64,000 bases of DNA from Eledone cirrhosa. Lineage: Eukaryota. The position numbers and the translations under genes are program-made. The notes under the pieces are model-generated. The model made no database searches. It saw only the letters and a program-made list of their open reading frames with translations, and was not told where the DNA came from. The stretch lies in the NCBI GenBank assembly GCA_964016885.1, contig OZ024741.1, positions 74,586,001 to 74,650,000 on the forward strand, in the 5' to 3' direction. Position 1 is the stretch's first letter. The number at the start of each line of letters is the position of its first letter. Below are positions 50,570 through 64,000 of this stretch, piece after piece.

Positions 50570-51625
50570 ATGTTTTGCATGGTTGTGTGTGTTGGGAAGG
50601 ATTGTCAGACTTGGAGTGTTGTTGGTTCATTTGGTATGGGATCAATGAGCAGAAATGGGCTGCAACTTCTCTAATTGTGTACTCAACTAGAACTTGCTAT
50701 TATAAATATATTCTTCTGTTATAAGTTGATACATAAATGTTCATGGAATCACCCCAAGCAAACAAAAGGGATATATCATAGATTGTTATTTTTCGCAGGC
50801 ATGATATTCAAGATATAAGAAGCACTAGGGTTTGCTGAGGTGCCAATTGTGATACAGATCATTATCTTATAAGATAAATATTTGCCCTTCATATAAGGCC
50901 TATGGCTCACAAAAATTTACAAGTGATGACACCAATGCAAATTAACTGTTTTGCTTTGAAGGACTTGTCAAACTGTGAAGAAATGGAGAATACTATAGAT
51001 TTACCAGAGTTTGATGGAACATGGAAAGACTTTAAAGACAATATTTACTGTGTATCTTGTGAAATGTTAGGTGTTGTTACCAAAAAGAGAAGGGATTCGT
51101 TCCAGGAAAAGAATGATCAAATTAATGAGCACTAAAACGAGATGCAAGGGATCAAATTTTGAAAGCTAAAAAGTCATCTCAGAATTATAAATGTTTGGCA
51201 ACTTCTTTTAACAATACTAAGAGACAGGTACTGAGAAATAAGGACGACTGGTGGAGAGTTAAGTCATCAGAGGTTCAGGAAGCAGCAAATAGAAAGGATA
51301 CAAAGCTTATGAACAGTTTGATTGGAGAGATTTTGGGGCCTCAAGTGTCCAGTGTGGCATCTCTGATATCTAAAGATGGTAACATTCTTATAAGGGATTC
51401 TGATGGAATAATGAAGCATTGGGAAGAACACTATAGAGATCTGTTCCATCACCCAGCTGTGGTGGATGCTACTAGAATCAAGAATTTCCCCCTATTTGGC
51501 ATTACCGAAAAAGTGAATGATATTCTATCTATAGAGGAGTTTATTGTTGCAGGAAGTCAGTTAAATAAAGGTAAAGCTCCCATACCTATGGAAGTGCTGG
51601 TGTGTTGTGAAGATAGAATCAAGCA
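50570..51625 (+). pseudogene. Decayed BovB-type RTE (end of APE through linker)
   Basis: GSFGMGSMSRNGLQLL, CDTDHYL, WWRVKSSEVQEAA, HWEEHYRDLF, KGKAP. Confidence 0.75.
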
Positions 51626-51896
51626 GCTCTGATGAAACGGAAGCGTTTAAAATGACATTAACACAATTGCAAAATTCATCAGTTCGAACACTAAGCTTCC
51701 GTTTTGCTTCATTTCCATTTAAAAGCCTTTTAAAACAATATTTTTACTTGAAAACAAGTCTATTTAAAGACTACGTAAAACAAGCAAATATTTCGTAAAA
51801 AAAAGCAAAAATTATATAAGTTTATTTAAAATATATGTATCTGTAAATTTCGTTAGGCGTGCAGTCAGTTTTATATATATAGATGATAAACAATAA

Positions 51897-52812
51897 TATC
51901 CTCTATGAGGTCACTAAACCTGCTAGAAACAGCAGCTAACTCTCCCTCATATCACACCACTCCCTACTGTCTTAAATTTAGAAAACACATATCCTCTATG
52001 AGGTTACTAAACCTGCTAGAAACAGCAGCTAACTCTCCCTCATATCACACCACTCCCTACTGTCTTAAATTTAGAAAACACATATCCTCTATGAGGTTAC
52101 TAAACCTGCTAGAAACAGCAGCTAACTCTCCCCCATATCATACCCCTCCCTACTGTCTTAAATTTAGAAAACATATCCTCTATGAGGTCACTAAACCTGC
52201 TAGAAACAGCAGCTAACACTCCCCCATATCACACCCCTCTCTACTGTCTTAAATTTAGAAAACATATCTTCTATGAGGTCACTAAACCTGCTAGAAACAG
52301 CAGCTAACTCTCCCTCATATCACACCACTCCCTACTGTCTTAAATTTAGAAAACACATATCCTCTATGAGGTCACTAAACCTGCTAGAAACAGCAGCTAA
52401 CTCTCCCTCATATCACACCACTCCCTACTGTCTTAAATTTAGAAAACACATATCCTCTATGAGGTCACTAAACCTGCTAGAAACAACAGCTAACTCTCCC
52501 CCATATCACAACCCTCCCTACTGTCTTAAATTTAGAAAATACACAGACAACCATGCAGAACAACTCCATCGCAGCTCTGTTGTTCGGCTGGCATCGTCTA
52601 CTCGCGTGTTGCGCAAGTACTGTGAAACAATAAATTTCAACACTTTTTTGCACAGAGATAATATCCATAGGCGAAACTACAATTGTCACTGCTGGCGCAG
52701 CTCATGCTTCCAGGTCTGCAATTCATTCACCCAGTGCCTGGCAGACAAAAAAGTGCTGCAACCTAACTTTGGTAACTTAATGACCCCGAGCAACGCCGGG
52801 CTTTAATGCTAG
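51897..52812 (+). mobile_element. Helitron 3' part with seven tandem 93-bp units
   Basis: Units start at ~51897, 51990, 52083, 52174, 52265, 52358 and 52451; ends CCCGAGCAACGCCGGG-CTTTAATG-CTAG|T. Confidence 0.8.
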
Positions 52813-54299
52813 TATATAATATATATATAAATAATTTCAAAAGTACAGACAGGACTAAGGAAAAATATTTGTATTTCAAAAGAAGGTATTGATTATGCAA
52901 CCTAAAACCTGTATTAGATCATTCTGACTTAGAAACTAACCCACTACACATATTTGACATGGAAATCAAGCTAGTGGGAGCAAATAAAAATATGTAAAAC
53001 AAAATAATAAAATGAAAAGACCATATGAACACAGAGTTCAAAATAAGAGAGAGTAAAAAATAAATGTATATAGATTAATTTTAAACTCATCAGTAAGGGT
53101 GGGGGTGATTACGGCAGGAGCAATTTTAATCAACAAATCTATGAGTAACAACACATGAATTCAATGACACAAATGAAAAAGATTTTTCAACATAAAGATG
53201 TCTAGCATGAGATAATTAATAATGTAGTATTATTATATTGAAACAAAACAGATTGTTAATAATAATAATAATGATGCTGATGATGATAATAATAATAACA
53301 ACAACAATAATAGTAACAACAATAACAACAGCAAGAACAATAATACTTAAATAATAAATAATAAAATAAAGAATTTTTGAGAATAATAGATTCTTTGAAT
53401 TTTCTAAAGGTTATCTTGAAAGACATTTCTTTATTATATTTGCAGAAATGTAATCGTTATTACAAATTGAGAAAGATGTATAATTGTGTTTATGCAAGAA
53501 AACAAAAGCTAACCAGCTGTATATGTATTTACATTTTAAAAACAAAAATATTTGAATAAATGTGAATGTCATTTATTTATTTATTTTGTATGCTTTAACT
53601 CTTAATACCAAACCACTTAACATTGCCCCTGGTACTGTGATACAACATTGTGTATTTTATGTATTCATCTAAAAACTTACCATACTAATTTTATGTAAGA
53701 ACCTTTGTTACATTATGCTGCAAAACGCAACTTCATAATGAAAAAGTTATATTATTAAATCCCTCTAAATTCTTGATTATTTTCAAAATGATTAAAAATC
53801 CAAAGGCTTTGTCTTTCATTAGAAATATGCTAGCAGAAAGGTTAATCAGAGCTCTGCTTGATATGGGCTGACATGAAGCCATGAGAATCTTAATCAGTAG
53901 CTGAGCATATTCCACAAACACATGAACCCTTAACATAATTCTCAGGGAAACCTAGTGCAAAAAGGTTAGTCATTTGAATTATAGGTACAATCCATCGAAA
54001 TGGCTTCTGTCCAATAATTTTGTTCACAAAGCTTAGATCTCTGCAGAGTATAGTAAATTACACTTGTCCAAGATTCTGCACAGTGTGGCCAGACCTGGGA
54101 CTTAATGATTGCGAAGCCAACTTCTTAACCATTCAGTCAGGTTGCATCCATACAACATTGTTATATGATTATAATAACATTTAGTGTGTGATGGAAAAAA
54201 TAGTGTCTAGCAATAGGCAAGTTTTATTCATATTTCTAATTTAAATTTGCCAAATGTTGATCAAAATACAGGAATGTTAATATGTATGAATAATTATCA

Positions 54300-55075
54300 T
54301 TATATGGTTTGGATGGGTTGGATCTTTCCCTCTTCTTAGATGGTGAACAGTCGAAAGCTCAGCTACTCTCTTAACAAGAATATCCAGCACAGAATCGAAG
54401 AGATCAGAGACAATAACAAAATCATTTATTGATCTTTGTCACTGATTCCCCTTACACCATGTATATTTATGGATATCTGTGCTGGAAGGTGTTCATAATA
54501 GAGTTCATTGTTGGAACAAAAGTCTAATAAGGCCTCTCTATTCATATTTAGATCAGGATTGTCATTCCTTCTAACCACTTCTTTCCATGTCAGGCAGTCA
54601 GTGCCAACATGTGCATTGAAGTCTTCCATTAGGATACATGATTCAGTCTTAACTACATCTAAAGCTGCAGTGACTTCATCAAGGAAGGACCTGTATTCAG
54701 ATGCTTTGTTTAGTGCATAAACTTGTACCACCTAGAGACCTATCTTTCAGCTGAAGTTTCAAGAGGCAAATCCTCCCTCTTAATGGTATCCAGTCCATAA
54801 CACATTCTGACAGTGGGGGCTTGTGAGTATCACCACTCCCACCTGTGCAGTCATTTCTGGTGCTAAACCTGAATAGTGGAGTTTCCAGCCACCATCCAAA
54901 TATACAGTACTAGAGCCATGGAACTTTGTTGAAGAAACCCAAACTATATCTAGCTGGTTGCATTTAGCCTCCTCCCCTAGTTCCTGTTCCTTACCTCTAA
55001 GGGTTGTGATGTTCCAGATTCCAATTGCCAAGGGATCTCAGGATATGCAATCTTTGTGTGTCCATCCCATGCCTC
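54300..55075 (-). pseudogene. Decayed RTE-like APE fragment
   Basis: IGIWNITTLRGKEQEL.., VQVYA..EDFNAHVG; same family as 2050-3560. Confidence 0.82.
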
Positions 55076-56125
55076 CCATGGCACTAGTACTTCTTTACTG
55101 AGTGTACTGGGTGCATTTTATCATGACACTGACAGTATCTTGAATGTTAATATTTGCAAACAAAGTATGCAGGAGAGTAAATGATTTGTGTGAAATATTT
55201 CTAGAGAAAAACTAAAATTATTTGAAATATTTCTTTTTATTTAAAAAATAAGAATATTAATTAATTTTAAAACCCAGTAGTATTATTAAAGAAAAAAGCA
55301 AAAACAAGTTGGATAAAGTAGTTAGTTCTTAAATATACTTGTTTGAATAAGAGATGAGACATAGTCACAGCTGGAAAATATTGGAAATAGGCTTCCTACA
55401 ACTTTTTTATAAATTTATTTCCTCAGCGCTTCATAAGTTTGAATATTTTAGCTTCACACACGTTTGTTTATAATTATTAACATTGATTTTTGATTTAGGC
55501 AAAAGGCCAACAATTTGAAGAGAGAGGAAATTCAATTACATTGATCCAGTATATGACTGGTACTGTATTTTATCGACCTTGGAAGGAGGATAGGCAAACC
55601 TCAGCGGGATTTGAACTCAGAATGTAAAAGGCTATAACTAAATGCTGCAAAGCATTTTGTCCAATGCTCAAACAATTTTGCTAATCTACCACTCTCATTA
55701 TTAATAATATTAGTAGCATTTTTATTTTGTCTCCTGATGATGACGATGATGATGATACCAGCCTGCTTGAAACTGTCCTTGTTTTATTATATAAAACTGC
55801 CCATTTAAAAATATTTGTGCATAATAGTATGTATCCAGTTTAGAATAGGTAAACTGTATCCCAACATGTAAGAAGTGTCAGGAAGGGGATCTGGCTAAAA
55901 ATATTTCCTCAAAAAGTCCTGTCCAACTCATGCCTGCATGAATAGTCAATTTAAAAACCACAGTGATGATAAAGTTTTTAAATCTAAATCATCATCAAAA
56001 TATTTATCTTTTTATGTTTATTTTTCCATGTTTGCATGGCTTGGGTGAGATCCATTTCTAGCAGGTTTTCTACAGCTGCATGCCTTTCCTAACATCAACT
56101 TATAACTTATTGGTATACTGCTGGC

Positions 56126-56292
56126 CAGTGTCGGATTTAAGACAAATGAGGCCCAGTGCTAGTTAAGTTATGAGGCCCTGAATATTTGAAAAATTGATTG
56201 TCAAAATTTTTTGGGGCAGGAAGATGGGCCCCTCCCTTATCAACGGCCCCTGTGTTTAAGCATACCTAAGCACAATGGTAAATCTGGCACTG
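56126..56292. mobile_element. hAT-like MITE (167 bp)
   Basis: TIRs CAGTGTCGGATTTA / TAAATCTGGCACTG; 8-bp TSD CTGCTGGC / TTGCTGGC. Confidence 0.8.
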
Positions 56293-58575
56293 TTGCTGGC
56301 ACTCATCAAACTGTTATACTGCAGGATGTATTGTTTATAGGAACATAAACAACTAGCACTGCCTGCAGGTGTTAAGCAGTGTCAATATATTGGCAGTAAC
56401 TTTCTCACACACACACACAACACACATATATATATACATATACAGACAGAAATAAGGCAGACTTTATATAGTTTCTGTCAACTAATGTCACACACAGATG
56501 TTGGTCAGCTTGAGGCTATAGTTGAAGACACTTGCAAAATGTGTCACATAGTAGCTCAGATTTCAATAGTACATGCTAGTGAAATGACTCTATACCTACA
56601 CAGCCATGCCTGAACCTATTGTTTAATAAATATCAATGAATTAATAAATTAACATTTTTAGAAACGGAAATTTTACAAAATTTAAGAAAATGTTTAACTG
56701 AATAGAGACATGCATCATCAACATCACTGTTTAACAACTTATTTTTCATGATTTCATGGGTTAGACAGGTTGTCATGTACTGAGGATTTACTAGTCAGAT
56801 GGCTAGGTTTTGCCCATATACTTCATTTTTGGTTTGGTTTCTATAGGTGGATGCTATTCCTAATGTCAACAGCAGGTACTGAGAGCATTTTATTGTGACT
56901 CTGACATTACTAATTTACAGGGTGGACTAGGAGAATTTTGTCATGGCACCAGCACTATCACCTTGCAGTGCTAAGTGATTCTTATCTTGGAATCTTCACT
57001 ACTACTTTAGACAGTAGGTTAGGTGCATTTTTTTGTATACTGAAACAAAATATTTGGAGTAAATAAAAAAAATAAAAACAAAGGAAAGTTCAAATCCACC
57101 CATATCGCTACTGCCACTATTTCTTAACATAACTTAATAAAAATTTTAAACTAAGATGATTTGTTTTTTTAAGAAGATTAAACAACTTTAAAAAAAATTA
57201 TCAACTTTATATTTTACAGATGAAAGATTATTCAATATTTACATTCATACTACATTGTTTAATGTAAATACTGAATGAAAAAATTGTTTCTACTGTAAAG
57301 ATGTGGTTAATAGACCGAAAAATTATAATCTTATTATTTAATCAGCAAATAATACTTTAAACATGTCTAAAGATTTTACAAATTTACAATTAAAAGAAAA
57401 TTTTATGTATTGATATATTCTCTACATTTACAGGTTTTCTTTCAGAAAAACATCTAGATTATAATGAGGTTAACATTCCTTTCATTTTTTATTCTTTTAC
57501 AGGTTTTAGACATTAGGCTGTGGCCATGCTAAGGCAGCCCAGTAAATATTTTTACATGTCTGCTACTCATTTTGTCAATCTCTTTTCAATGAACTGCTTT
57601 GTTATGGAATATATACGAAAAATAAACACAAAACACACACACATATAAGATGGGCTTTCATACATTTCTTGTCAAACAAATTTCACTGCCATGACAATGG
57701 CCAACTTGAAAATTAAATCTCTCTCTCTTCATGGCCAACTCCATGACTCAATGCTAATTCTCCCACTGTGTGATCACTGAATCTTATGGCAAACAGCATA
57801 TAGTTTTCCAAACCCATAGCCCTCTATATCCACACTTCCATCACTGCTTTTTCCATCTGGTTGAGGACAGAACAAGTGCCCTAATGTTTTAAGGGGGTAG
57901 TGCTGTAAAATGGTTGTCATTAAGAAAAGCATCTGGCCATAGAATCCACCCTAAAATGGAACATATGAGCAAGACATGGTCATCTGACCTCTCTAGTCTC
58001 AGAGAATGGACAACCGGCTGAACCTAAAAATGTATGTAAAGTAGACATAAAACAGTGATGATGATACAGTTGCAATGGAACTGCAGCATCAGTGACCATG
58101 TCGCAAACAGTGAGATGAAAATTTCAATGGCAAGGAATATATGATAACTGTAGAGTAAAGTTGTATTTTGTGTGGTTTAGAATGGCTAAAATCTAATTGC
58201 TTTAGTTTTAACACGACTTCAGATCAAGTCACTTGCAATAAAAGTTCAATTCTGAATATATATGTGTGTGTGTGTGGGGGGGGGGGGGGGCGTACGCGTG
58301 TGTGTGTATGTGCATGAATATATATATATATATAAAGGATGGATAAAATGACCTGAAGCACTTTGGAGTAATTGTAACCCAGCTGTCTGGTATACGTCAG
58401 ATGTGAGCGTCATTCTCACAGGCATCTCTATCAATATTTTACCATCTGCAGGGGTTTATTTACCCAACTTATTTAACTATTATATGGTGTAGCAGCTTTT
58501 GCAAGCTAACATGCTTTCAATATATATATATATACATATATATGAACATTTATACATATAAACAAATACATATAT

Positions 58576-58639
58576 AAAAACAGATATACTTATATATACA
58601 CTTATACACATATGTGTATATATAAGTATATCTGTTTTT
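58576..58639. repeat. Perfect 26-bp inverted repeat with 12-nt spacer
   Basis: AAAAACAGATATACTTATATATACAC ... GTGTATATATAAGTATATCTGTTTTT. Confidence 0.9.
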
Positions 58640-59753
58640 GTCCTTCTCTCACTATATACATATATATATATATATAATTATACACATGTATACTCATACA
58701 CATACATATCTATAAATAAAACAAGATAATGTTAATTGATCTAAGAAGGTGAAGTACCAAACTCTCAAGAATTTCAGTCAAAAGTTCATATTGACTTCCT
58801 TGATTTAATAGAGGTGGTAGTAGTAGTAGTAGTAGAAGTAGTTGGCAGTGGTGGTTGTGGAAGTAGTAGTAGTAACAGCAGCAGCAGTTAGCTTGCTGAG
58901 GTTGATGGTGCTGGAGTAGTTTTTGTGATGTTAAAAATAAAAACAACAGTAGTTACAATGTTGTACTACTACCACCACCACCACCACTATGGAATAAATT
59001 TACCAATTTAGAAAGAAGAGTACAAGTTATTTGAATTGAGTACTAATTATGTATTCCAAATACTTATTTCAATAAACTTCATCATTGGCTCTATTCCTAT
59101 TGTTTGTCTTCTCTTTCAGCAATAATCAACTCATCCATCAAACCATTCTCATTTCCCTTCTTTCAAGCCTTCTCTGCATTTCCCCATTCACTACCTATGT
59201 CTTGCTCCCATAAATCATGGCACTTTTCACACATGCAGCATAAACTTTTCCTTTCAATTTCAGTGACACCTTTCTTTTCATTAGCATGCCACTCAATCAC
59301 AGGAACTTCTTCCATGCACATCTTGCTCCCATAAATAATGGCACTTCTCACACATGCAACATATCCCATTTCCCTTCAGTTTCAACAGCGCTCCCCTCAT
59401 TAGCATGCTCTCAGTTCCTGGAATTTCTTCCTTGCACATCTCATTACAGTTAGTGTCAACAAGTCCAATCCACCTGCTACATTATGTTCCTTGGATAACA
59501 AAAGAATGTCAATTGAACAGTAAAATGCATTTTGTCCAGTGAGTTGCTGATTCTTTTTTATTAAGTTAACACAAGATCAGCAATTTGTAGATATGAGAGG
59601 TAATTTTTGGGTACCAACCAATAAAAAATTGCTTTTCACTCCTACCAGACAAAAACACTCATTTGAAAGGGTTCCCATTTAAATTAACACCTTCTAGCAT
59701 AATTTTATATAAGAGCCATTTGTTATGTTATGTTGCAATTATTATCTTAATAA

Positions 59754-59900
59754 TTGTTTCTACTTTTGGCACAAGGCCAGCAATTACCCAGTACATTACT
59801 GGTACTTTATTTTATCGACCCCTGTAAGGATGAAAGGCAAAGTTAACCTCGGCGGGATTTGAACTCAGAATGATAAGGGCCGTAACTCTATGCGTCAAAG
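59754..59900 (-). mobile_element. SINE S1 (5'-truncated) inside a piggyBac-like MITE
   Basis: S1 core; CTTAATAAT on both sides. Confidence 0.85.
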
Positions 59901-60149
59901 CTTAATAATGAAATAATTTTACAAATGTTTCATTAAAAATATGATCATAAAAGGGTTAATCTGCCACTTGGATTAACACCATCCCCAACACCTGACCCTC
60001 TGGTGCTTTTAATGGAGTTCTCTCTGTTGTAAGTATTTCAACCAGGACGCTGATAAGATTTTAGGATATGTTCCTCCCACCCTTTCTCTTGTCTTGGAGG
60101 CCATGAAAAGCATCACCATGTAAAAGACCACTTGAACAGCATTATAATT

Positions 60150-60766
60150 CTCGTTATATCAAACCAACAGTTAAATATTCACAATCATCGATGGTCTGGG
60201 GATCAATAAGCATAAAGAGATGAGCTATACAGGCCATAATTCAAGCAGGAAAGACTGTAAATGCAAACATGTATTTGGAAATCATACAAGTAAAAGTCTC
60301 ATTATGGATGGAGAGGCATGGTTGCAAGATATATCAAGATGATGCTCCTTACCATAGGGGAAAAAAATCATTAACCAATTTTTTTGAGAATCTGATATTG
60401 AAGTGCTGGTACCTTGGCTAGGTTTAAGTCCTGACTTAAACCTAATCGAAAACTGTTGGAAATTGATGAAAGACAAAGTTGCCAAGCTAAATCTCAGCCC
60501 AATTACTGATTTACACCAAAAAATTCTAACTGTATGGACACAACACATTACTTCTCAATATTGTGCCTCTTTGGTGGAATCAATGCCTCGCAGAATTGCT
60601 GCTAAAGATCATCAAACAAAGTACTAATTTGGAATAGACAATTTGCAGCATAATGCTTTGTGTTGTATGTACTAGTATACTATTTTTATCTAATAATTGT
60701 ATCTTGTTCATTATTAACCTAACCTAATAAATTATTGGGGTGGTTTCTGAATTATGCAAAACACTG
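60150..60766 (+). mobile_element. Tc1-like transposon, 3' relic
   Basis: WLGLSPDLNLIENCW..LVESMPRRI, the Tc1 SPDLNPIE motif; ends CACTG|TA. Confidence 0.85.
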
Positions 60767-60791
60767 TACATATTCTTTTTGTTATATTTTT

Positions 60792-60857
60792 ACATGAAAA
60801 GAACATTAATGATGGTACAGGACAATTCCTGTACCATCATTAATGTTCTTTTCATGT
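60792..60857. repeat. Perfect 31-bp hairpin with 4-nt loop
   Basis: ACATGAAAAGAACATTAATGATGGTACAGGA-CAAT-TCCTGTACCATCATTAATGTTCTTTTCATGT. Confidence 0.95.
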
Positions 60858-60888
60858 GAACCCTTAATGTGGTTAATAAAGAAATAAT

Positions 60889-61077
60889 TGTTTCTACTTT
60901 TGGCACAAGGCCAGCAATTATCCCAGTGTATTACTGGTACTTTATTTTATTGACTCCGTAAGGATAAAAGGCAAAGTTAACCTTGGCGGGATTTGAACTC
61001 AGACCATAAAGGCCCGTAACTCTTTGCTGCAAAGCATGGCATCCGACCTTCTACCGATACTGCCAATCCACCGCCCT
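60889..61077 (-). mobile_element. SINE S1 with TSD, head-to-head with an older S1-like copy (61094-61280, +)
   Basis: GTTAATAA(A/C)GAAATAAT flanks; more S1-like pieces at ~61410-61470, 61826-61965 and 63123-63230. Confidence 0.9.
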
Positions 61078-62349
61078 GTTAATAACGAAATAATGGTGGA
61101 TTGGCAGTGTCAGATACCATGCTTTACAGCATAGAGTTACAGCCCTTTAGATTCTGATTTCAAATCCTGCCAAAGTTTGCTTTTCATCTTTACGGGCCCA
61201 ATAAAATAATGTACTAGTAATGCACTGGGGTCAATTTAATTGACTTCCCCTCATCCAAAAATTGTTGGCCTTATGTCACCATTATTATCATTTCATATAT
61301 GTAAAGCCAACGATAAGAAACACGAAGTTAAAACTTGTAGCATTTATTTTGAGAATGAACATTGAAGAACAAGCTAGATAACAAAACTGTTATCTGTGTC
61401 CCTGTATTTGTCCTCTGAATTCAAATTCCACTGAGATCAACTTTGCCTTTCAGGTTCAATAAATAAAGTACCATTTTATGGGGTGGTAGATAGCCAAGAC
61501 TGTTAAAGAGATGGAGATGCTGTACAACATCTAGTCCAGTTGTGTGTTTAAGTTCTGTGTCCTGCTAGGAGTTGCAACTGGAAGTTAGTATCAGCAATGG
61601 ATAAACCAATGGAAATATAGTTTCCTTGCTATCATCTGATGCTCCACTTCTTTTTCTATTTATTTTTTGTTTGATAATTACTTTATTATTTGCCACACCT
61701 CAAAGACATTGTGGATGGCACAAGAACAAGATACAATAGAAGTTAACATGTAAAAATGAAGACAGCAAAAGAGTAGCACTTCACTCTCCAGCCTCATCTT
61801 TTCTAAGTGAAATGTATAATGATTAATACTTTAGGCACAAGGTCAGCAATTTTTGAGGTAAGGGGAAAGTCAATTATATCAACCTCAGTATTTATCTGGT
61901 ACCTTATTTTAATGATCCTCTGAAGGATAAATAGCAAAGTTAACCTCAATGGAAATTGAACTCTGTACACACTAGCAGGATTAAAAGTGGCAATGTATTT
62001 TGTTTTATGCTCTAGTGTTTCTTCCAATCTAAATAATAATAATAATAATAATGATTTCTACTATATGCACAAGGGCAGCAATTTTGGGGGAGGGGAAAGT
62101 CGATTAAATTGACCCCGTAAGGATAAAAGGCAAATAGATTCCTTCATACAGTGTTCCCACTGATTTCCCCACAGAGATAGGTAGGGGCAATGGAATAATT
62201 TGATTAAGGGCTTATTATTATTGATGGTTTGCACAGCATGTAAATATAGATAGTTACTGGATCTTATACTTCCTGTCAAGCCTCAACAGGAACTTTGAGG
62301 TCTATTTGTTTAAGATACTTTCTTAGTTTTACTGGTATCAAACCCAAAT

Positions 62350-62900
62350 CTCTAATGACAACGGGAATAAGCTTGATGTTTGGTGATATTGATCACAATG
62401 ATGCTATTTTCATCTTCAAGTCAGTACATTTTGTTATTTTTTTCAATTGTTTTTAAAGGCATCTTGTTTCTTGGGTCGGTAGCATTATAATCAGATATTC
62501 ACACCTATTTTTGAGCATAACTACAATATTTAGGTCTGTTGTATTCAAGTTTGCACTCTGTTTGGATAGTGATGTTCCATAGTATCTTGGTTTTATCAGT
62601 CATCAAGCACATTTTCTGGGATATGCTGGTACCACATACTGAATGGCTGATATCTATATGCTTAGTACATTGACCAGGAAAGTTACATTGAGATCTTATG
62701 TCTTCTTTTATACTCTTTTTGAGATAACATTTTCAAGCGTTCATTATGTAGATGAAACTTTATGTATTAATTTGACATAAATGACACTTCACACTTTCAC
62801 CAAGATATTTCCTTTTAACGACTGACAGAGTATGCAAAGCTTAATCTTGGGAGATCAGCAGTGTTTCAGTCTCCCTTTATATATCAGTTCAGGTGACCCA
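62350..62900 (-). pseudogene. Decayed R4/Dong-like RLE domain
   Basis: Minus strand gives KEYKRRH, WYQH and KTKILWNITIQTECKLEYNRP, matching the ILWD..IQT....NRPD RLE motif. Confidence 0.65.
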
Positions 62901-64000
62901 ATCTCAAGATGTTTCAGTCATTAATTCAGACATCTGTCATTCAAATTGACTATGTATTGTTTTTCCAACTACTGCTTTTCTTTTGTCATGAGTGACATTA
63001 TGTACACTATGGATTTTTGAAAATATTTAAATCTAACTTTTACCGTACTTTTCCTTGGAGGGCATCCAAAAAGAAACATTTTTATATCTCATTTCTGAAA
63101 TTGGGATATTTTAAAAAATAGAGTTTCTACTTTTGGCACAAGGCCAGCGATTCCCCCAGTGCACCACTGGTACTTTATTTTATCGACCTCGTAAGGATGA
63201 AAGGCAAAGTTAACCTCGAGGAGAATTTGAATGGTCAGCAAATTGGTCAAAATCTTGACTTACCTAATTTGGCCAAACGAATAATTAGTCATATTTGTGA
63301 TGTCGTAATTTTTGAAACTGAGATGGTAATCATCTTTAAATTAAACAAATTAATTGTTGTCCATGGGATAGCAGTTGCCTTTTTTTTCAGGTTCTTGAAA
63401 AGTGAAACACTTATTTGGCAATTTTTAAAATATATATGTGATGCCTATTTTGTTACATGTAACAAACAGTCAATTTTGTGACGTGAGCATAAGCTTCTCA
63501 TGAGTCCTCAGAATTAGCTAAATCCAAAATTACAAGACACTGGGACTTGAGTTTTGCCATATTTGTAGTAGGTACATAACTAAATAAATCCTGAAATTTT
63601 GGGACATGATACCGTTTCAATGAAGTTTTAATAGTCTATTAAAAAAGGCTATAAACAATTAAATTACAGTGATTAAAGGCCATTGCAAGTTTTTCATGTA
63701 TTTTCAGACATGGCTATAGTGTGATCTATTATCTGTAGGGGGTTCAGTTTTGATACACTGGTACAGGGTATAACACTGAATCCTCTCTGTAATTTTAGAG
63801 CTTTACAATATATTTAATAGGTATCCTTGTAGAGATTTGTAGAAGAGGAGACATGCACAGTTTAACCACAAGTTCCTAGGCATAAAAGTTAACCAGAATG
63901 TTACTAACAATCCTGTTACAAAGTTTTAGCAATATTTATCAATAAAATTATTCCATTTTATTTAATTATTAATGAAACTTGCTCAGAATTGCATGTAGGC

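Noticed and set aside
51897-52545. Regular repeat array resembling CRISPR, or a 31-aa repeat protein
   Set aside because: Contiguous 93-bp tandem units with no unique spacers, no cas genes, eukaryotic context, and located inside a Helitron.

Overview
AT-rich, repeat-saturated eukaryotic DNA. The SINE/LINE families and (TA)n/(CA)n tracts suggest an octopod cephalopod (inference). No intact host gene is visible, only one or two candidate spliced exons (21323-21389, 44564-44641). Most listed ORFs are microsatellite translations or antisense frames of retroelements. Retroelements: two near-full-length but frameshifted RTE-clade LINEs (8427-12862 +, 35646-38700 -), many RTE fragments, a 5'-truncated Naiad-type Penelope-like element (RT plus GIY-YIG, 31823-34170), two decayed R4/Dong-type fragments, a Copia relic and tRNA-derived SINEs with clear target-site duplications. 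DNA elements: Tc1/mariner relics, pogo-, hAT- and piggyBac-like MITEs, and non-autonomous Helitrons, one family carrying a 93-bp tandem array. The most notable signal is RNA-structural. Six distinct hammerhead-ribozyme-like cassettes (nine copies counting inverted duplicates) lie in mostly ORF-less, microsatellite-embedded units. They include U3:A8 core variants and variants with a 60-90 nt stem II, and several are locally inverted-duplicated. A decayed HDV-like fold also sits at the 5' end of a ~600-bp mini-RTE. All structures were folded by eye and are untested.
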